From: Candidatus Cloacimonadales bacterium
GTDB taxonomy: Bacteria > Cloacimonadota > Cloacimonadia > Cloacimonadales > JAFGVF01
DNA length: 64,000 bases
Assembly (NCBI GenBank): GCA_963663475.2
Contig: CAXXJV010000001.1
Span: forward strand, 224,001-288,000
Reading direction: 5' to 3'
The position numbers and the translations under genes are program-made. Position 1 is the first letter of the stretch. Each line of letters opens with the position of its first letter. This document shows, piece after piece, positions 42,076 through 52,820 of this stretch. A model generated the notes under the pieces. The model made no database searches. It was not told where the DNA came from and saw nothing but the letters and a program-made list of their open reading frames with translations.

Positions 42076-44520
42076 ATGAATTTAATCGATGAATTATTAC
42101 TTGAATTAACTTTGTTTGAGGGTAAACAAGATAAATTAGAAGAATTAATAGTAAAACTATTTAATATTATAGGATCCAAGTTCAATATAGAAAGATGTTA
42201 CTGCAAGCTGTTTGATAATCATGCAATCTGTAATCTATCTTATGAATGGAATTATGATAAAACAAACAGAAGTGAAGCTTCAATAGATATCTTTAATTTC
42301 GGTCATTATGAATGGGCTTTGAGTAAGATAAATACTTTTCAAGTTCATGCTATTGATTCTCTTTCTACTTTACCGGAAGAAGCAGAAGCCGAAAGAGATT
42401 TCCTCGAGAAAAATCAAATCAAATCTATGCTGATGAGTCCTATTGAAATTGAAGGTCACTTTGGTGGTATTGTTGGCTTTTCTACCTTCACTTATGAGAA
42501 AGAATGGGATCATGCAGAAAAAACTCTAATCAAGAAGGTATCCAGAGTTTTAAAGCAAGTCTTAACTCCTTTCTATAAAGAATCAATATCTCAAAGACAT
42601 TCAATCCCCATAAGTTATAGTGGGATTTCAGTTATAAACTATATATGTGATTTAAGAACTTTTGAGTTCAAGTATATTAATAAAAGTGCCTATGATGTTT
42701 TTGGTTGTTATCCAGAAGATATAATTAAGCACAAGAATCTATTTGATTATTTTCATAAAGAAGAGAATGAAGAATTCTTTATGCAGATTAGGAACTATAC
42801 CCCCCGCATAAACTACACTTGTGATGTAAAGCTAAAGGATGGTATCAATGGTATAGTTTGGTTAAGAAACAATTATAAGATTTGTAATCATAATGGAAGA
42901 AATTCTATTCAGGGTTTCTGCTACGATGTTACAGATAAGAAATTATTAGATCTTGAACATAGACGTCATAGAGCTTTTCTGGAAAAGTTAATTGATAACA
43001 TTCCTGTTGGTATAACTGTCAAAAACTGTCAAACTGACAAGTATGATATCTGGAATAAAAAGATGGCAAAGATTACTGGAATCTCTAGTCAACAGGCTAT
43101 TAATGCTAGTGATGAGCTAATTTTTCCAGCAGAGTATTTACTGCAGAAAATGCAGAATGAAGATTTAGTAAAAGAAAGTGTTAAGCCATGTTTTTGTGGA
43201 GAAAAGGAATTTATTTCTCTGGAGGGAGAAAAAAAGATTATAACTAATACTATCATTCCAATAGAGTTTGATGGCAAGCTAGACTCTTTATTAACAGTTT
43301 CTCAGGATGTTACTGAAGCTGTTCAAAAAAGACAAGAACTTCAATCTGCAATTACTAAGGCAGAAGAGTCTGATAATTTAAAAACTCAATTCTTATCCAA
43401 TATTTCCCATGAATTTAGAACTCCTTTGAATGCAGTTTATGGTTTTTCAGAATTTCTCAAGAATAACAAATCAATTACCAGCCAGGATAGAGATGAGTAC
43501 CTTACTTTAATTATGCAAGGTGCTCAACGTCTGATTTCTCTTATGGATAATGTCATTAATGTTTCCAAGATTGAATCCAAGAACATTTCTGTAATTCACA
43601 CTAATTTTTCTCTAAGCAATATGTTGAATGAAATTGTAGATCATTACAGACAAGATATTAAAGAGAAGCAAAAGAGTATAGAAATAAACCTGTTTGTTCC
43701 TCAAACTTCTAAGGAAGTTATTTTTGAAAGTGATGAAACAAACATCAGAACTATTTTTGATAACCTATTAAATAATGCTGTTAAATTCACTGAAAAAGGC
43801 ACTATTGATGTAGGATTTTCTATTGATGCTAATAAGAGTATAACCTTCATGATTAATGATACTGGTGTAGGTATTGATCAAGATCAAAAGCAAAATATTT
43901 TTGAATTATTTAGACAGAGTAATGGTTCACACACTAGGGAATTTGGTGGAATAGGTGTAGGTTTAACCATATGTCATAAAATTATTCATCTGCTAGGTGG
44001 ATTTATAACACTTGATTCAGAAAAGGGGAAAGGTTCTTCTTTCATCTTCTCCATTCCAGGCAAGGTAACAGTGGTTGATTTAGCAGATACTAATAATCAT
44101 AATTATTCTCATATTGACATCTATTCTTCAAGTACTTTTGCGGAAAAATGGTCTGGTAAAAATATCTTAGTTGTTGATGATACTATACACATTATTAAGT
44201 TCTTTAAGGCTTTTTTCAAACATATAAAAGTTAATGTTGAATTTGCTCACAATGGTTTAGAAGCTGTAGAAAGATGTAGAAATAACAATATAGATTTGAT
44301 TTTAATGGATGTCCAAATGCCTAAAATGGATGGACTTGAGGCTACACAAAAGATTCGGGAGTTTAATAAGAAGATTCCTATCATAGCTCAGACTGCTTTT
44401 GCTTTTGATTCAGATAGAATGAAGTTACTCAAAGCTGGTTGTGATGACTATATAACTAAACCTATAAATAGAAGAGAATTACTTTTTAAAATGGATAAAT
44501 ATTTTTGGAGTAAAAGGTGA
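42076..44520 (+). CDS. Cytoplasmic hybrid sensor histidine kinase (GAF-PAS-PAS-HisKA-HATPase-REC)
   Basis: H-box SHEFRTPLN, N-box NLLNNAVKFT, DTGVGI, GGIGVGL, receiver ILMDVQMPKMDG...KP; no TM helices. Confidence 0.92.
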   Translation: MNLIDELLLELTLFEGKQDKLEELIVKLFNIIGSKFNIERCYCKLFDNHAICNLSYEWNYDKTNRSEASIDIFNFGHYEWALSKINTFQVHAIDSLSTLPEEAEAERDFLEKNQIKSMLMSPIEIEGHFGGIVGFSTFTYEKEWDHAEKTLIKKVSRVLKQVLTPFYKESISQRHSIPISYSGISVINYICDLRTFEFKYINKSAYDVFGCYPEDIIKHKNLFDYFHKEENEEFFMQIRNYTPRINYTCDVKLKDGINGIVWLRNNYKICNHNGRNSIQGFCYDVTDKKLLDLEHRRHRAFLEKLIDNIPVGITVKNCQTDKYDIWNKKMAKITGISSQQAINASDELIFPAEYLLQKMQNEDLVKESVKPCFCGEKEFISLEGEKKIITNTIIPIEFDGKLDSLLTVSQDVTEAVQKRQELQSAITKAEESDNLKTQFLSNISHEFRTPLNAVYGFSEFLKNNKSITSQDRDEYLTLIMQGAQRLISLMDNVINVSKIESKNISVIHTNFSLSNMLNEIVDHYRQDIKEKQKSIEINLFVPQTSKEVIFESDETNIRTIFDNLLNNAVKFTEKGTIDVGFSIDANKSITFMINDTGVGIDQDQKQNIFELFRQSNGSHTREFGGIGVGLTICHKIIHLLGGFITLDSEKGKGSSFIFSIPGKVTVVDLADTNNHNYSHIDIYSSSTFAEKWSGKNILVVDDTIHIIKFFKAFFKHIKVNVEFAHNGLEAVERCRNNNIDLILMDVQMPKMDGLEATQKIREFNKKIPIIAQTAFAFDSDRMKLLKAGCDDYITKPINRRELLFKMDKYFWSKR

Positions 44521-44582
44521 TAATCTTAGTAAATTAGAAAAATAAAGTGAAGGGCTGAAACAGCCCCTATAAGTTCACTTTA

Positions 44583-44717
44583 TTAAGGTGTAGGTTGCTC
44601 TAGTCTAAGACGTGATTCTTGAGCTTCAAAAGTGTAGTCTATAGGTGCTTCTATAATCTTCTTCACCTTTTGTGCTCGAATCTTTCTTTCTTCTCTTTGT
44701 GTAAGTTTCTTCTTCAT
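44583..44717 (-). CDS. Small basic protein, 44 aa (MKKKLTQREERKIRAQKVKKIIEAPIDYTFEAQESRLRLEQPTP)
   Basis: Read manually; AAGGAG RBS upstream of ATG, TAA stop, followed by hairpin gggctg-aaa-cagccc shared with the convergent kinase. Confidence 0.6.
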   Translation of the reverse strand: MKKKLTQREERKIRAQKVKKIIEAPIDYTFEAQESRLRLEQPTP

Positions 44718-45050
44718 ATCACACTCTCCTTTTTTTTATTTAATCTACAGGTTTTGTACACTAATATTATAATCAAAAATACATTTTTAGCAAGTCTATT
44801 TTAATTATATTTTAAATTTTAGCTATTAATTAACCCATAATTAACATTTAGTTAATTTAATGTTTTTTTTGATGTAAAAATATTATCTTTAATTATATCA
44901 GATTAGTTTGTGTATATTGCTCTCAAGATATTGCTAACTTCTTGAGAATCAGTGAACTGTAACTTATAGTTATATAATGATTTTATCTCAAAATCTGTCA
45001 AGCATTTTTTTCCTCTGATCCCGAATAATGCAGTAGTAAGACCTAGAGGG

Positions 45051-47387
45051 TCAATCTGAAAAACTCTCAATATTAAACTCAACAGTTACTACTTCTGAAG
45101 GTTGCATGCCTACTCTATATGCTCTTGCTTTTACAGTTGTTGTTTCAGAGATAATAAAAGAACCCATATATTGATTAGAAGCTAAATTTGGAATACTGCC
45201 ATCTAAAGTATAATAGATATCTGACCTGCTAGAACCACTAGTCATCGAGATTGTTTGCTCAGATTCATAGCTTCCTGAATCAGGAGAAATTATTGGAATA
45301 GGGGTTACTTCAAAAAGAGTATTCTTAAGTCGTCTAACAAGGCGAAAACCTAAGTGAGTTAAGGTACTATTATCTTGCGAGGCATTTAAACGACGAGTTA
45401 ACTTACAATCATTAGCATTATTGTGAAAGCCACCTCCACGTAGAATACGGACAAAGCCACTATTTGGACCAAGGGGATCAATCTGCGCTTCAGGACTATA
45501 TTCTGCCACTACATCATAACACCACTCAAAGACATTACCCGCCATATCATAAAGACCTAACTCATTTGGTAATTTTCTACCTATTGAGTGTGTTGAACTC
45601 CCTGAATTATCATCATACCAAGCATAGTCTGATAATTGAGCTTCGTTATCTGTACCTGCCCATTGATTATATCCACTAGCATGACTTTCATTTCCCCCTT
45701 TTGCAGCAAACATCCATTCCATCTCGGTAGGTAAACGATAGCCATTAGCATCAAAATCGCATTGCCAGTTACTTGTATCATAACAAGGAGTTAAGCCTTC
45801 CTCAATACTAATGGCATTACAGTAAGTAACAGCATCCTCCCAAGAAACTTTTTCTACAGGTTTGTTTAAACCAATTGAGTTACTGGGATTTTCTCCCATG
45901 ACAGCTTCATATTCTCCCTGAGTAACTTCATACTTACTCATAATAAAGGAAGAAACAGAGATATCAGCATAACCATTATAGAAGGTTCCGCCTTCTACTA
46001 AAACGAAGTTTTCTGGCATTATTTCAATTTCATATTCAATAGTTATAATTTCTGATGGTTGCCAACCGACTCTATAAGCACGAGCTTTAACTGTTGTTGT
46101 TTCAGAGAGAGTAAAAGGACCAGTATAATGTGTGGACATTGAGCTTGGTTCACTACCATCTAAAGTATAATAGATATCGGATCTACCTGAGTCACTAGTC
46201 ATTGTGATTGTTTGTTCTGTTTCATAGAAACCTGCTTGAGGTGAGACTTGTGGTCTAGGAGTAATTTCAATCTGAGTTTCTTCTATTCGACGAACTATAC
46301 GGAAACCAATGCCATAATTAGAAGCAGAAGGCGGTAAAGGGAAAAAACCTGTAATTTTGGTAGAAAATGCAAGAGCACTAAAAAATCCTCCTTTACAAGC
46401 TCTACCTTGACCAGTCAAAGGACCCACAGGGTCAACTTGTGAATAACCTTCACTATAATCTCCAAAAACATCCCAACACCATTCGTTTATGTTACCAGAC
46501 ATATCATATAAACCAAGAGCATTAGGTAGTTTGAGTCCTACTTGGTGAGCCATACTTTCTGAATTATCTACATACCAAGCATACTGAGTTAACTGTGCTT
46601 CATTATTAGTTCCAGCCCAAGCATCATAGTCCGTAGCATCAGTTTGATCACCACCTTTACCAGCATATAGCCACTCTCTTAAAGTTGGTAAACGATAACC
46701 ACTCGCATTAATATCTAAATTATAGTTTTCATGATTGCTTGTAAGGTTCCACCCCTCAGACCAGTTATCAGGATTAGCTCCTTCATTGTTATAGTCATAA
46801 CATGGCGTAAGTCCTTCTTGCATAGATCGAATGTTACAGTATTTGACAGCATCAAACCAAGAAACAAAATATACTGGATAAGCATTGCCAATAGCAAAAG
46901 TATGAACTGGATTTACACCCATCACAGCTTCATATTCGCCTTGGGTAATCTCGTACTTATCCATAAAAAATGTAGAAATTGTAGTATCATAACCTTCTTC
47001 ATAGAAGACACCTCCATTTACTTTCGTGAATGAAAGAAAATTATCATCATCTTCAAGAGGATTATCACGAGCAATGAGTTTAACTTGAAAGTTATTGCCT
47101 GCTTCAATATTATCAGAGAGGTAGTTCCATACAATTTGCTTTCTTCCACCTGGGATAATGTTGCTTCCAACATGACCAGAAAGAGTTGTTGGATAAATAC
47201 TGAATGTAGAGCCACCATCATCGGAGGCAATCACCATTACCTGACATTGTCCATCAGCATCTAATTGGTAATTGATATAGACATTTACAGAATCAGAGGT
47301 GATACCTATGTTACTTATAGTTGGAACAAGTGAGAAAAGGCAAGTTAATGTTATTACAAAGAGTGTTAATATAGTATATTTTTTCAT
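45051..47387 (-). CDS. Secreted protein: N-terminal Ig-like domain + 2 FGE-sulfatase (SUMF1/CLec-fold) domains + 2 CHB/HEX C-terminal domains
   Basis: KYE.TQ..Y, GYRLPT..EW, N.LGLYDM.GN..EWC, GG...GFR motifs twice; IYYTLDGS.P spacers; no sorting domain. Confidence 0.88.
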   Translation of the reverse strand: MKKYTILTLFVITLTCLFSLVPTISNIGITSDSVNVYINYQLDADGQCQVMVIASDDGGSTFSIYPTTLSGHVGSNIIPGGRKQIVWNYLSDNIEAGNNFQVKLIARDNPLEDDDNFLSFTKVNGGVFYEEGYDTTISTFFMDKYEITQGEYEAVMGVNPVHTFAIGNAYPVYFVSWFDAVKYCNIRSMQEGLTPCYDYNNEGANPDNWSEGWNLTSNHENYNLDINASGYRLPTLREWLYAGKGGDQTDATDYDAWAGTNNEAQLTQYAWYVDNSESMAHQVGLKLPNALGLYDMSGNINEWCWDVFGDYSEGYSQVDPVGPLTGQGRACKGGFFSALAFSTKITGFFPLPPSASNYGIGFRIVRRIEETQIEITPRPQVSPQAGFYETEQTITMTSDSGRSDIYYTLDGSEPSSMSTHYTGPFTLSETTTVKARAYRVGWQPSEIITIEYEIEIMPENFVLVEGGTFYNGYADISVSSFIMSKYEVTQGEYEAVMGENPSNSIGLNKPVEKVSWEDAVTYCNAISIEEGLTPCYDTSNWQCDFDANGYRLPTEMEWMFAAKGGNESHASGYNQWAGTDNEAQLSDYAWYDDNSGSSTHSIGRKLPNELGLYDMAGNVFEWCYDVVAEYSPEAQIDPLGPNSGFVRILRGGGFHNNANDCKLTRRLNASQDNSTLTHLGFRLVRRLKNTLFEVTPIPIISPDSGSYESEQTISMTSGSSRSDIYYTLDGSIPNLASNQYMGSFIISETTTVKARAYRVGMQPSEVVTVEFNIESFSD

Positions 47388-47395
47388 GCTATCCC

Positions 47396-48112
47396 CTATT
47401 TCAAAAGAAGTACTTTACTGGTTTTGGAATAAGTAGCAGATTTCATTTTGATAAAGTAAATACCATTACTGCATGCTTTTCCATAGTTATCTAAACCATT
47501 CCATTTTATTGTATGGTCTCCTGCTAAAATCTTATTTTTCCTTACTAACTGCCCTTTAAGATTATAAATACTCAAATCACTTACTTCGTTCTCTTTTACT
47601 CTGACACAAATATTTGTTGAATTACTTCCATTAAAAGGATTAGGATATATTGAAACAAGCTCTGTTGAATTAGGAAGAGAAGGAACATCTCCTTCATCAT
47701 CTATTCGGACATTTACTGGTCCATGAAAGTTAGTGCCATTATATTCAATACTTTGTAGCCAATAATAATAATTTGTGTCTAATTCAACCGCATTATCAAT
47801 ATAAGAATAATTATGGGTTAATGAAGTATTATAAGCAGGAATAATTGTTGAGGATATGATATTTGCCAAGTTTAGATCAGCTACTTCCGCTCTATGAATA
47901 TGATAACCTATCATATCTTGTTCAGATTCACTAGTCCATTTAATATCTACAGTTTGGTTAGAAATATTAGGTATCGCCATAAAAGAAGATAGTGTTACAG
48001 GTAAAGTCTCATCACTAATTGAAAAAGTTGGCGAAATAGTAAAACCTGTTAAAGAATACAATAGTCCAGAATTTAACATCACAGAAATCAACATAATCAA
48101 AACTTGTTTCAT
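47396..48112 (-). CDS. Small secreted protein: signal peptide + short strand + TLPVTLSSF module + FlgD-Ig/T9SS-like C-terminal domain
   Basis: Start moved to ATG 48112 (AGGGAG RBS) giving 238 aa, same length as paralog 52821-53537; IYPNPF...WNG.D..G....NGIYFIKM. Confidence 0.85.
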   Translation of the reverse strand: MKQVLIMLISVMLNSGLLYSLTGFTISPTFSISDETLPVTLSSFMAIPNISNQTVDIKWTSESEQDMIGYHIHRAEVADLNLANIISSTIIPAYNTSLTHNYSYIDNAVELDTNYYYWLQSIEYNGTNFHGPVNVRIDDEGDVPSLPNSTELVSIYPNPFNGSNSTNICVRVKENEVSDLSIYNLKGQLVRKNKILAGDHTIKWNGLDNYGKACSNGIYFIKMKSATYSKTSKVLLLK

Positions 48113-48339
48113 TTGTAACTCCCTACTAAAGTTATTTGTATTTAACTTATATTTATAATTTTGCAATTGTTGTCAAGTTCTTATTCTTGATTATGTAATT
48201 ATTTTACCCAGAGACTGCTCAACCACCAATAATAAAGACAGAAGGATTAAAATTATTTATCACATTTCCCACTCTACTTAGGAGAGAACTCTATTTTACT
48301 TCACAAAAATTACAGAGAAAAAACTATATTCTCCTCTCT

Positions 48340-48420
48340 TCATCCATAATCCTTCCTTTACAGTCTTTCGATGAAAGTCCCAGTTTCATCGAAAGACTGT
48401 AAAGGAAGGATTATGGATGA
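48340..48420. repeat. Long perfect palindrome (37-bp arms)
   Basis: tcatccataatccttcctttacagtctttcgatgaaa-N7-tttcatcgaaagactgtaaaggaaggattatggatga. Confidence 0.85.
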
Positions 48421-48490
48421 TAAGGCTATTGATAAGACCGATGTTCCTTAACCATAGGTAAGGAAGGTCGGGTAAAAAAGGCTCAAGTTC

Positions 48491-48703
48491 AACCCGAATA
48501 GTGCATTTGAACTTTGATGAGGAGTGCTAGATTCTTTTAGCAAAATAAGTTACAGAATTTTGACGCATATAATTTTTATATTCGGAGAAATTAGGATCTT
48601 ACTTTTGCAGAAGAATATTCTGCTATTCACAAAGGTCTCCTGCATTATTTGGGTTGAAGAAGAATATTCTGCTATTCACAAAGGTCTCCTGCATTATTGG
48701 GTT
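48491..48703 (+). mobile_element. MITE copy with tandemly duplicated right end
   Basis: acccgaatagtgca...ctgcattatttgggt; last ~47 bp repeated at 48658-48703. Confidence 0.8.
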
Positions 48704-51700
48704 TAATCCATATTTGAGCGAACCAAACGAATCCCTATCTTAGGAAGTAAGTAATGAGGAAATCCTGAATAACGTCTAGTAATAACCATATTATATGGTG
48801 GTGAATTCCAATCTCCTCCTCTATATACCCTTTTTGGCCCATAGTCAGGTCCAATCGGATTAACCGCAGTTTCGTCAGCAAAGTTTTCATAATAATTCGT
48901 TTGATACCTGTCATAACACCATTCACCTACATTACCAGACATATCATAAAGACCTAACTGATTAGCAGCTTTTAAGCCTGATGGGTGGCTTGACTCATTA
49001 CTATTATCAGAATACCAGGCTATATAATCGACTTCGTTTGAGCCAGAGTAAAGGTAATTAGGTGTCATAGAAGCACCTCTCGCAGCATATTCCCATTCTG
49101 CTTCAGTGGGTAATCTATAGCCATTAGCTGTAAAGTCACATGAGTAATCTGTTAAATCATAGCAAGGAGTAAGTTCTTCAGCAATACTTTTAGCGTTACA
49201 GTAACTAAGTGCTTCTTGCCAAGTAATGTTATCAAGTGGTAAGGAAAAATCATGGTGAGATGATGGGTCAACTTGCATGACTTGATAATAGTCAGCCAAA
49301 GATACTTCAAATTTACTTATATAAAAGGAGTTTAATTGAACTTCATGAGTAGGTTCTTCATCAATTAATCCTCCATAAGGAGCTCCCATTGTGAAGCTCC
49401 CTGAAGGGACATAAACAAAGTCTTGATTTTCAGCAAAATTATATTCATAAGTTAATATTTCAGAGGCTAAAAAGCTATATTCAAAAGCTCTTGCTTTCAC
49501 ACTAGTATCAACAGAGATATAGAAGGGGTCAGTATAGAGGAAAGAATCTCTATCAGGTTCGCTGCCATCGATTGTGAAATAGATCTCAGCATTTTCGTGT
49601 TCACTAGACATAGTAATAGTCTGAACTGAATCATAGTCTCCTCCTAGAGGGCTAATAATCGGATTAGGAGTTGTTTCAGGAATAACAAAAGCTAACGATC
49701 TAGCTAGACGGAAGCCAACATTGTTTATTCTATTAGAAGGTAAAGTAGCTTGGCGATGTAGAACTGTACAATAAGAGACACCTGTATTCCATGCTCCACC
49801 TCTAGTTATTCTATCTTCACCTGTTTCTGCTCCCCATGGATTTAACTGAGGTCCAGGAGGATAATCCCCATAGATATCCCAGGTCCACTCATAAACATTA
49901 CCAGACATATCATACAGGCCTAAAGCATTAGGTTCTAAGAGGCCTACTGGTTTTGTTCCATTAGGAGTATTATTAAAGCTATTCCAACAACCTCCACTTA
50001 TATTATCATAACCCCAAGTAGGAGTTTGATTTCCCCCCTTTGCAGCATACATCCACTCCATTTCAGTTGGAAGCCTATATCCATTAGCTATAAAATCACA
50101 GTTAACATTTTCGTGATTTATTGCAGAGTTCCAACCTGTTGGCCAGTTATCAGGATTAACTCCACTATCACCAACACTATAACAAGGAGTAAGGCCATCT
50201 TGAATAGAACGAATATTGCAAAATTTAATTGCATCAAACCAAGATACCATATAGACAGGAAAATCTGGGTCTATTCCATAAGATTGAACAATTTCAGAAG
50301 GATTATTTCCCATTACTGCTTCATATTCACCTTGAGTAATTTCATATCTATTGATAAAGAAGTTACTAATTGTAATATCTGATGTCCCATTATAAAAACT
50401 TCCACCTTCTATAGATACAAAGTCATTCACAAGTAATTCAATTTCGTAGTCAGCAGAAACTATTTCTGAATATTTTAATCCTTCTTTATAGGCTCTAGCT
50501 TTAACACTTGTAGTTTCGTAAATAGTAAAAGGCTGGTCATAGTGTTCAGACCCCATATTTGGGTCGCTACCATCAAGAGTGTAGTAAATTTCTATATCAG
50601 GGTATTGACTGGATAAAGTTATAGTTTTTGGTATTCTATAGGAATCAGCATCTGGAGAAATATCGGGAGAATCAGTAGGAGAAAGATGAGTGTATCCAAG
50701 CTTTCTAACTGTTCTAAAGCCAATTGAGAAATTACTAGCATCAGGAGTTTCTTGATTCCTAATCATTAACTTAGTATTTGCTGCTGAGTTCAACCAAGAA
50801 CCACCACGATATATACGGTTAATTGCTATTGAACCACCCTGAGGATCTTCTTGAGCCTCACTAGTATAATCTGCATGCTTATCCCAACACCATTCTGCAA
50901 CATTACCTGCCATATCATAAAGTCCTAATTGATTTGGTGTTTTACTTCCTACCGAATGGGTTTGTCCTGAAGCATTAGAATTATACCAGGCATAGTTTCC
51001 TACTTGGGAACTTTCATTAGTACCTGGCCAATCATTAAAATCTACTGGAGGACTAGCAAGTCCACCTTTAGCAGCAAACATCCACTCCATCTCAGTTGGC
51101 AAACGATAACCATTAGCAGCAAAGTTACAGCGATAACGAGATTCATTATTCACTAGATCCCAACCTTGAGACCAGTTATTAGGGTCTGTTCCTTCTCGAT
51201 TATAATCATAACAAGGCTCTAAACCTCTTTCTATAGACTTCAAATTGCAATACTTAACAGCTTCAAACCAACTTACCTGGTCCACAGGTTTATCATCTCC
51301 AGCAAAACTACTCGGATTTGCTCCCATAAGACTTGTATAGTCTGCCTGATTAACTTCGTACTTATTTATATAGAAGGGAGTAATAGCTACATCACCACTT
51401 CCATTGAAAAAACTTCCCCCTTCAAGATAAACAAAGTCAGCTTCAATAACTTCTATTTCTATGTCACTAGTTACAATTTCAGACTGTTTCCAGCCTTGTT
51501 TATAAGCTCTTGCCTTAATTGTTGTAGTTTCAGATATTTCAAAAGGACTGGTATATTTTGTAGAAGTTAGGTCTGGATCTGAACCATCTAAAGTATAGTA
51601 AATTTCAGGTCTTCCCTGTCCCCCATAAAAAGAAATAGTTTGAGCTTGATAATAAAGACCACTAGCAGGACTAATACTTGGATTTGCTACTGCCTGCAAA

Positions 51701-52812
51701 GGAGTAGATTCAATCCCACGAGCTAATCTAAAAGATAGGAAAGGATATTCATTTGATAAACTATAGTAGAATCTATTCGAGACAGAACAGTTTTCTGAAG
51801 AACTACCAAAATCTCCTCCTCTAGCTGTCTTAAAACCACCATTACTTGGTCCTGTAGGATTATCCTGAGCAATATTAGGATAGATTTCTTGCCAAAAGTC
51901 CTGACACCATTCAATTGCATTTCCACTCATATCATAAAGGCCAAGCTCATTTGCTTCTTTTTGTCCTACATCTTTAGTTCCATAGTTGCTATCGGTATTA
52001 TTCTCCTCATACCAAGCATAATCTGATAACTCACCTTGATTATTGGTTCCTGCCCATTGGTTATAGTTGTGAGGACTATTATGATTTCCTCCTTTAGCAG
52101 CAAACATCCATTCCATCTCGGTTGGAAGTCGATAACCATTAGCTTGATAGTCACAATCTAACAAAGAATAATTATTGATTTCAGCTGGCCAATTATCTGG
52201 ATCAGACCCATAAGCACCATACGCGTAACAGGGGGTTAAATCTTCCATTAGAGACCTTGTGTTACAGTATTTAATAGTATCTAACCATTTAACTAAAATT
52301 ACAGGTTTTGTCTCACCTATGAAATCTTGACTCGGATTATAACCCATTACAGCTTCAAATTCACTCTGAGTCATTTCATACTTATCAATAAAGAAGTCAC
52401 TTAGACTTATATCAGCTCTTCCGTTATGAAAAAATCCTCCCTCAACCTTTGTAAAAGAAAGAAAATTATTCTCATCATCAAGCGGGTTATCTCGGGCTAT
52501 TATCTTTATCTGAAAATTATCTCCTGCCTGAATATTATCAGCTGCATAGTTCCAAACAATTTGCTTTCTACCTCCAGGAGACACATTAGCACCTATTGAA
52601 CCTGACAGGTTTCTAGGATATATTTTAAAAGAATTACCCCCATCATTAGAGGCAACAATTGAAACATGACAAGAATTAGCAGAACTTAAACTATAATTAA
52701 TATATACATTTACAGAATCAGAACTTATACCTATTCGTGAAACTTCTGGTACTGTTGAAAAGAGCAGGCTAAAACTTAAAAAAAAGAGGCTTATAATAAA
52801 ATATTTCTTCAT
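48703..52812 (-). CDS. Secreted protein: N-terminal Ig-like domain + 4 FGE-sulfatase (SUMF1/CLec-fold) domains separated by 3 CHB/HEX C-terminal domains
   Basis: Four GYRLPTE.EW / LGLYDM.GN..EW / RGG repeats; paralog of 45051-47387; no sorting domain. Confidence 0.88.
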   Translation of the reverse strand: MKKYFIISLFFLSFSLLFSTVPEVSRIGISSDSVNVYINYSLSSANSCHVSIVASNDGGNSFKIYPRNLSGSIGANVSPGGRKQIVWNYAADNIQAGDNFQIKIIARDNPLDDENNFLSFTKVEGGFFHNGRADISLSDFFIDKYEMTQSEFEAVMGYNPSQDFIGETKPVILVKWLDTIKYCNTRSLMEDLTPCYAYGAYGSDPDNWPAEINNYSLLDCDYQANGYRLPTEMEWMFAAKGGNHNSPHNYNQWAGTNNQGELSDYAWYEENNTDSNYGTKDVGQKEANELGLYDMSGNAIEWCQDFWQEIYPNIAQDNPTGPSNGGFKTARGGDFGSSSENCSVSNRFYYSLSNEYPFLSFRLARGIESTPLQAVANPSISPASGLYYQAQTISFYGGQGRPEIYYTLDGSDPDLTSTKYTSPFEISETTTIKARAYKQGWKQSEIVTSDIEIEVIEADFVYLEGGSFFNGSGDVAITPFYINKYEVNQADYTSLMGANPSSFAGDDKPVDQVSWFEAVKYCNLKSIERGLEPCYDYNREGTDPNNWSQGWDLVNNESRYRCNFAANGYRLPTEMEWMFAAKGGLASPPVDFNDWPGTNESSQVGNYAWYNSNASGQTHSVGSKTPNQLGLYDMAGNVAEWCWDKHADYTSEAQEDPQGGSIAINRIYRGGSWLNSAANTKLMIRNQETPDASNFSIGFRTVRKLGYTHLSPTDSPDISPDADSYRIPKTITLSSQYPDIEIYYTLDGSDPNMGSEHYDQPFTIYETTSVKARAYKEGLKYSEIVSADYEIELLVNDFVSIEGGSFYNGTSDITISNFFINRYEITQGEYEAVMGNNPSEIVQSYGIDPDFPVYMVSWFDAIKFCNIRSIQDGLTPCYSVGDSGVNPDNWPTGWNSAINHENVNCDFIANGYRLPTEMEWMYAAKGGNQTPTWGYDNISGGCWNSFNNTPNGTKPVGLLEPNALGLYDMSGNVYEWTWDIYGDYPPGPQLNPWGAETGEDRITRGGAWNTGVSYCTVLHRQATLPSNRINNVGFRLARSLAFVIPETTPNPIISPLGGDYDSVQTITMSSEHENAEIYFTIDGSEPDRDSFLYTDPFYISVDTSVKARAFEYSFLASEILTYEYNFAENQDFVYVPSGSFTMGAPYGGLIDEEPTHEVQLNSFYISKFEVSLADYYQVMQVDPSSHHDFSLPLDNITWQEALSYCNAKSIAEELTPCYDLTDYSCDFTANGYRLPTEAEWEYAARGASMTPNYLYSGSNEVDYIAWYSDNSNESSHPSGLKAANQLGLYDMSGNVGEWCYDRYQTNYYENFADETAVNPIGPDYGPKRVYRGGDWNSPPYNMVITRRYSGFPHYLLPKIGIRLVRSNMD

Positions 52813-52820
52813 TTTCTCTC

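Noticed and set aside
45051-52812. Sulfatase-maturing formylglycine-generating enzymes
   Set aside because: Catalytic Cys pair absent, proteins are secreted multidomain repeats and no sulfatase gene is nearby
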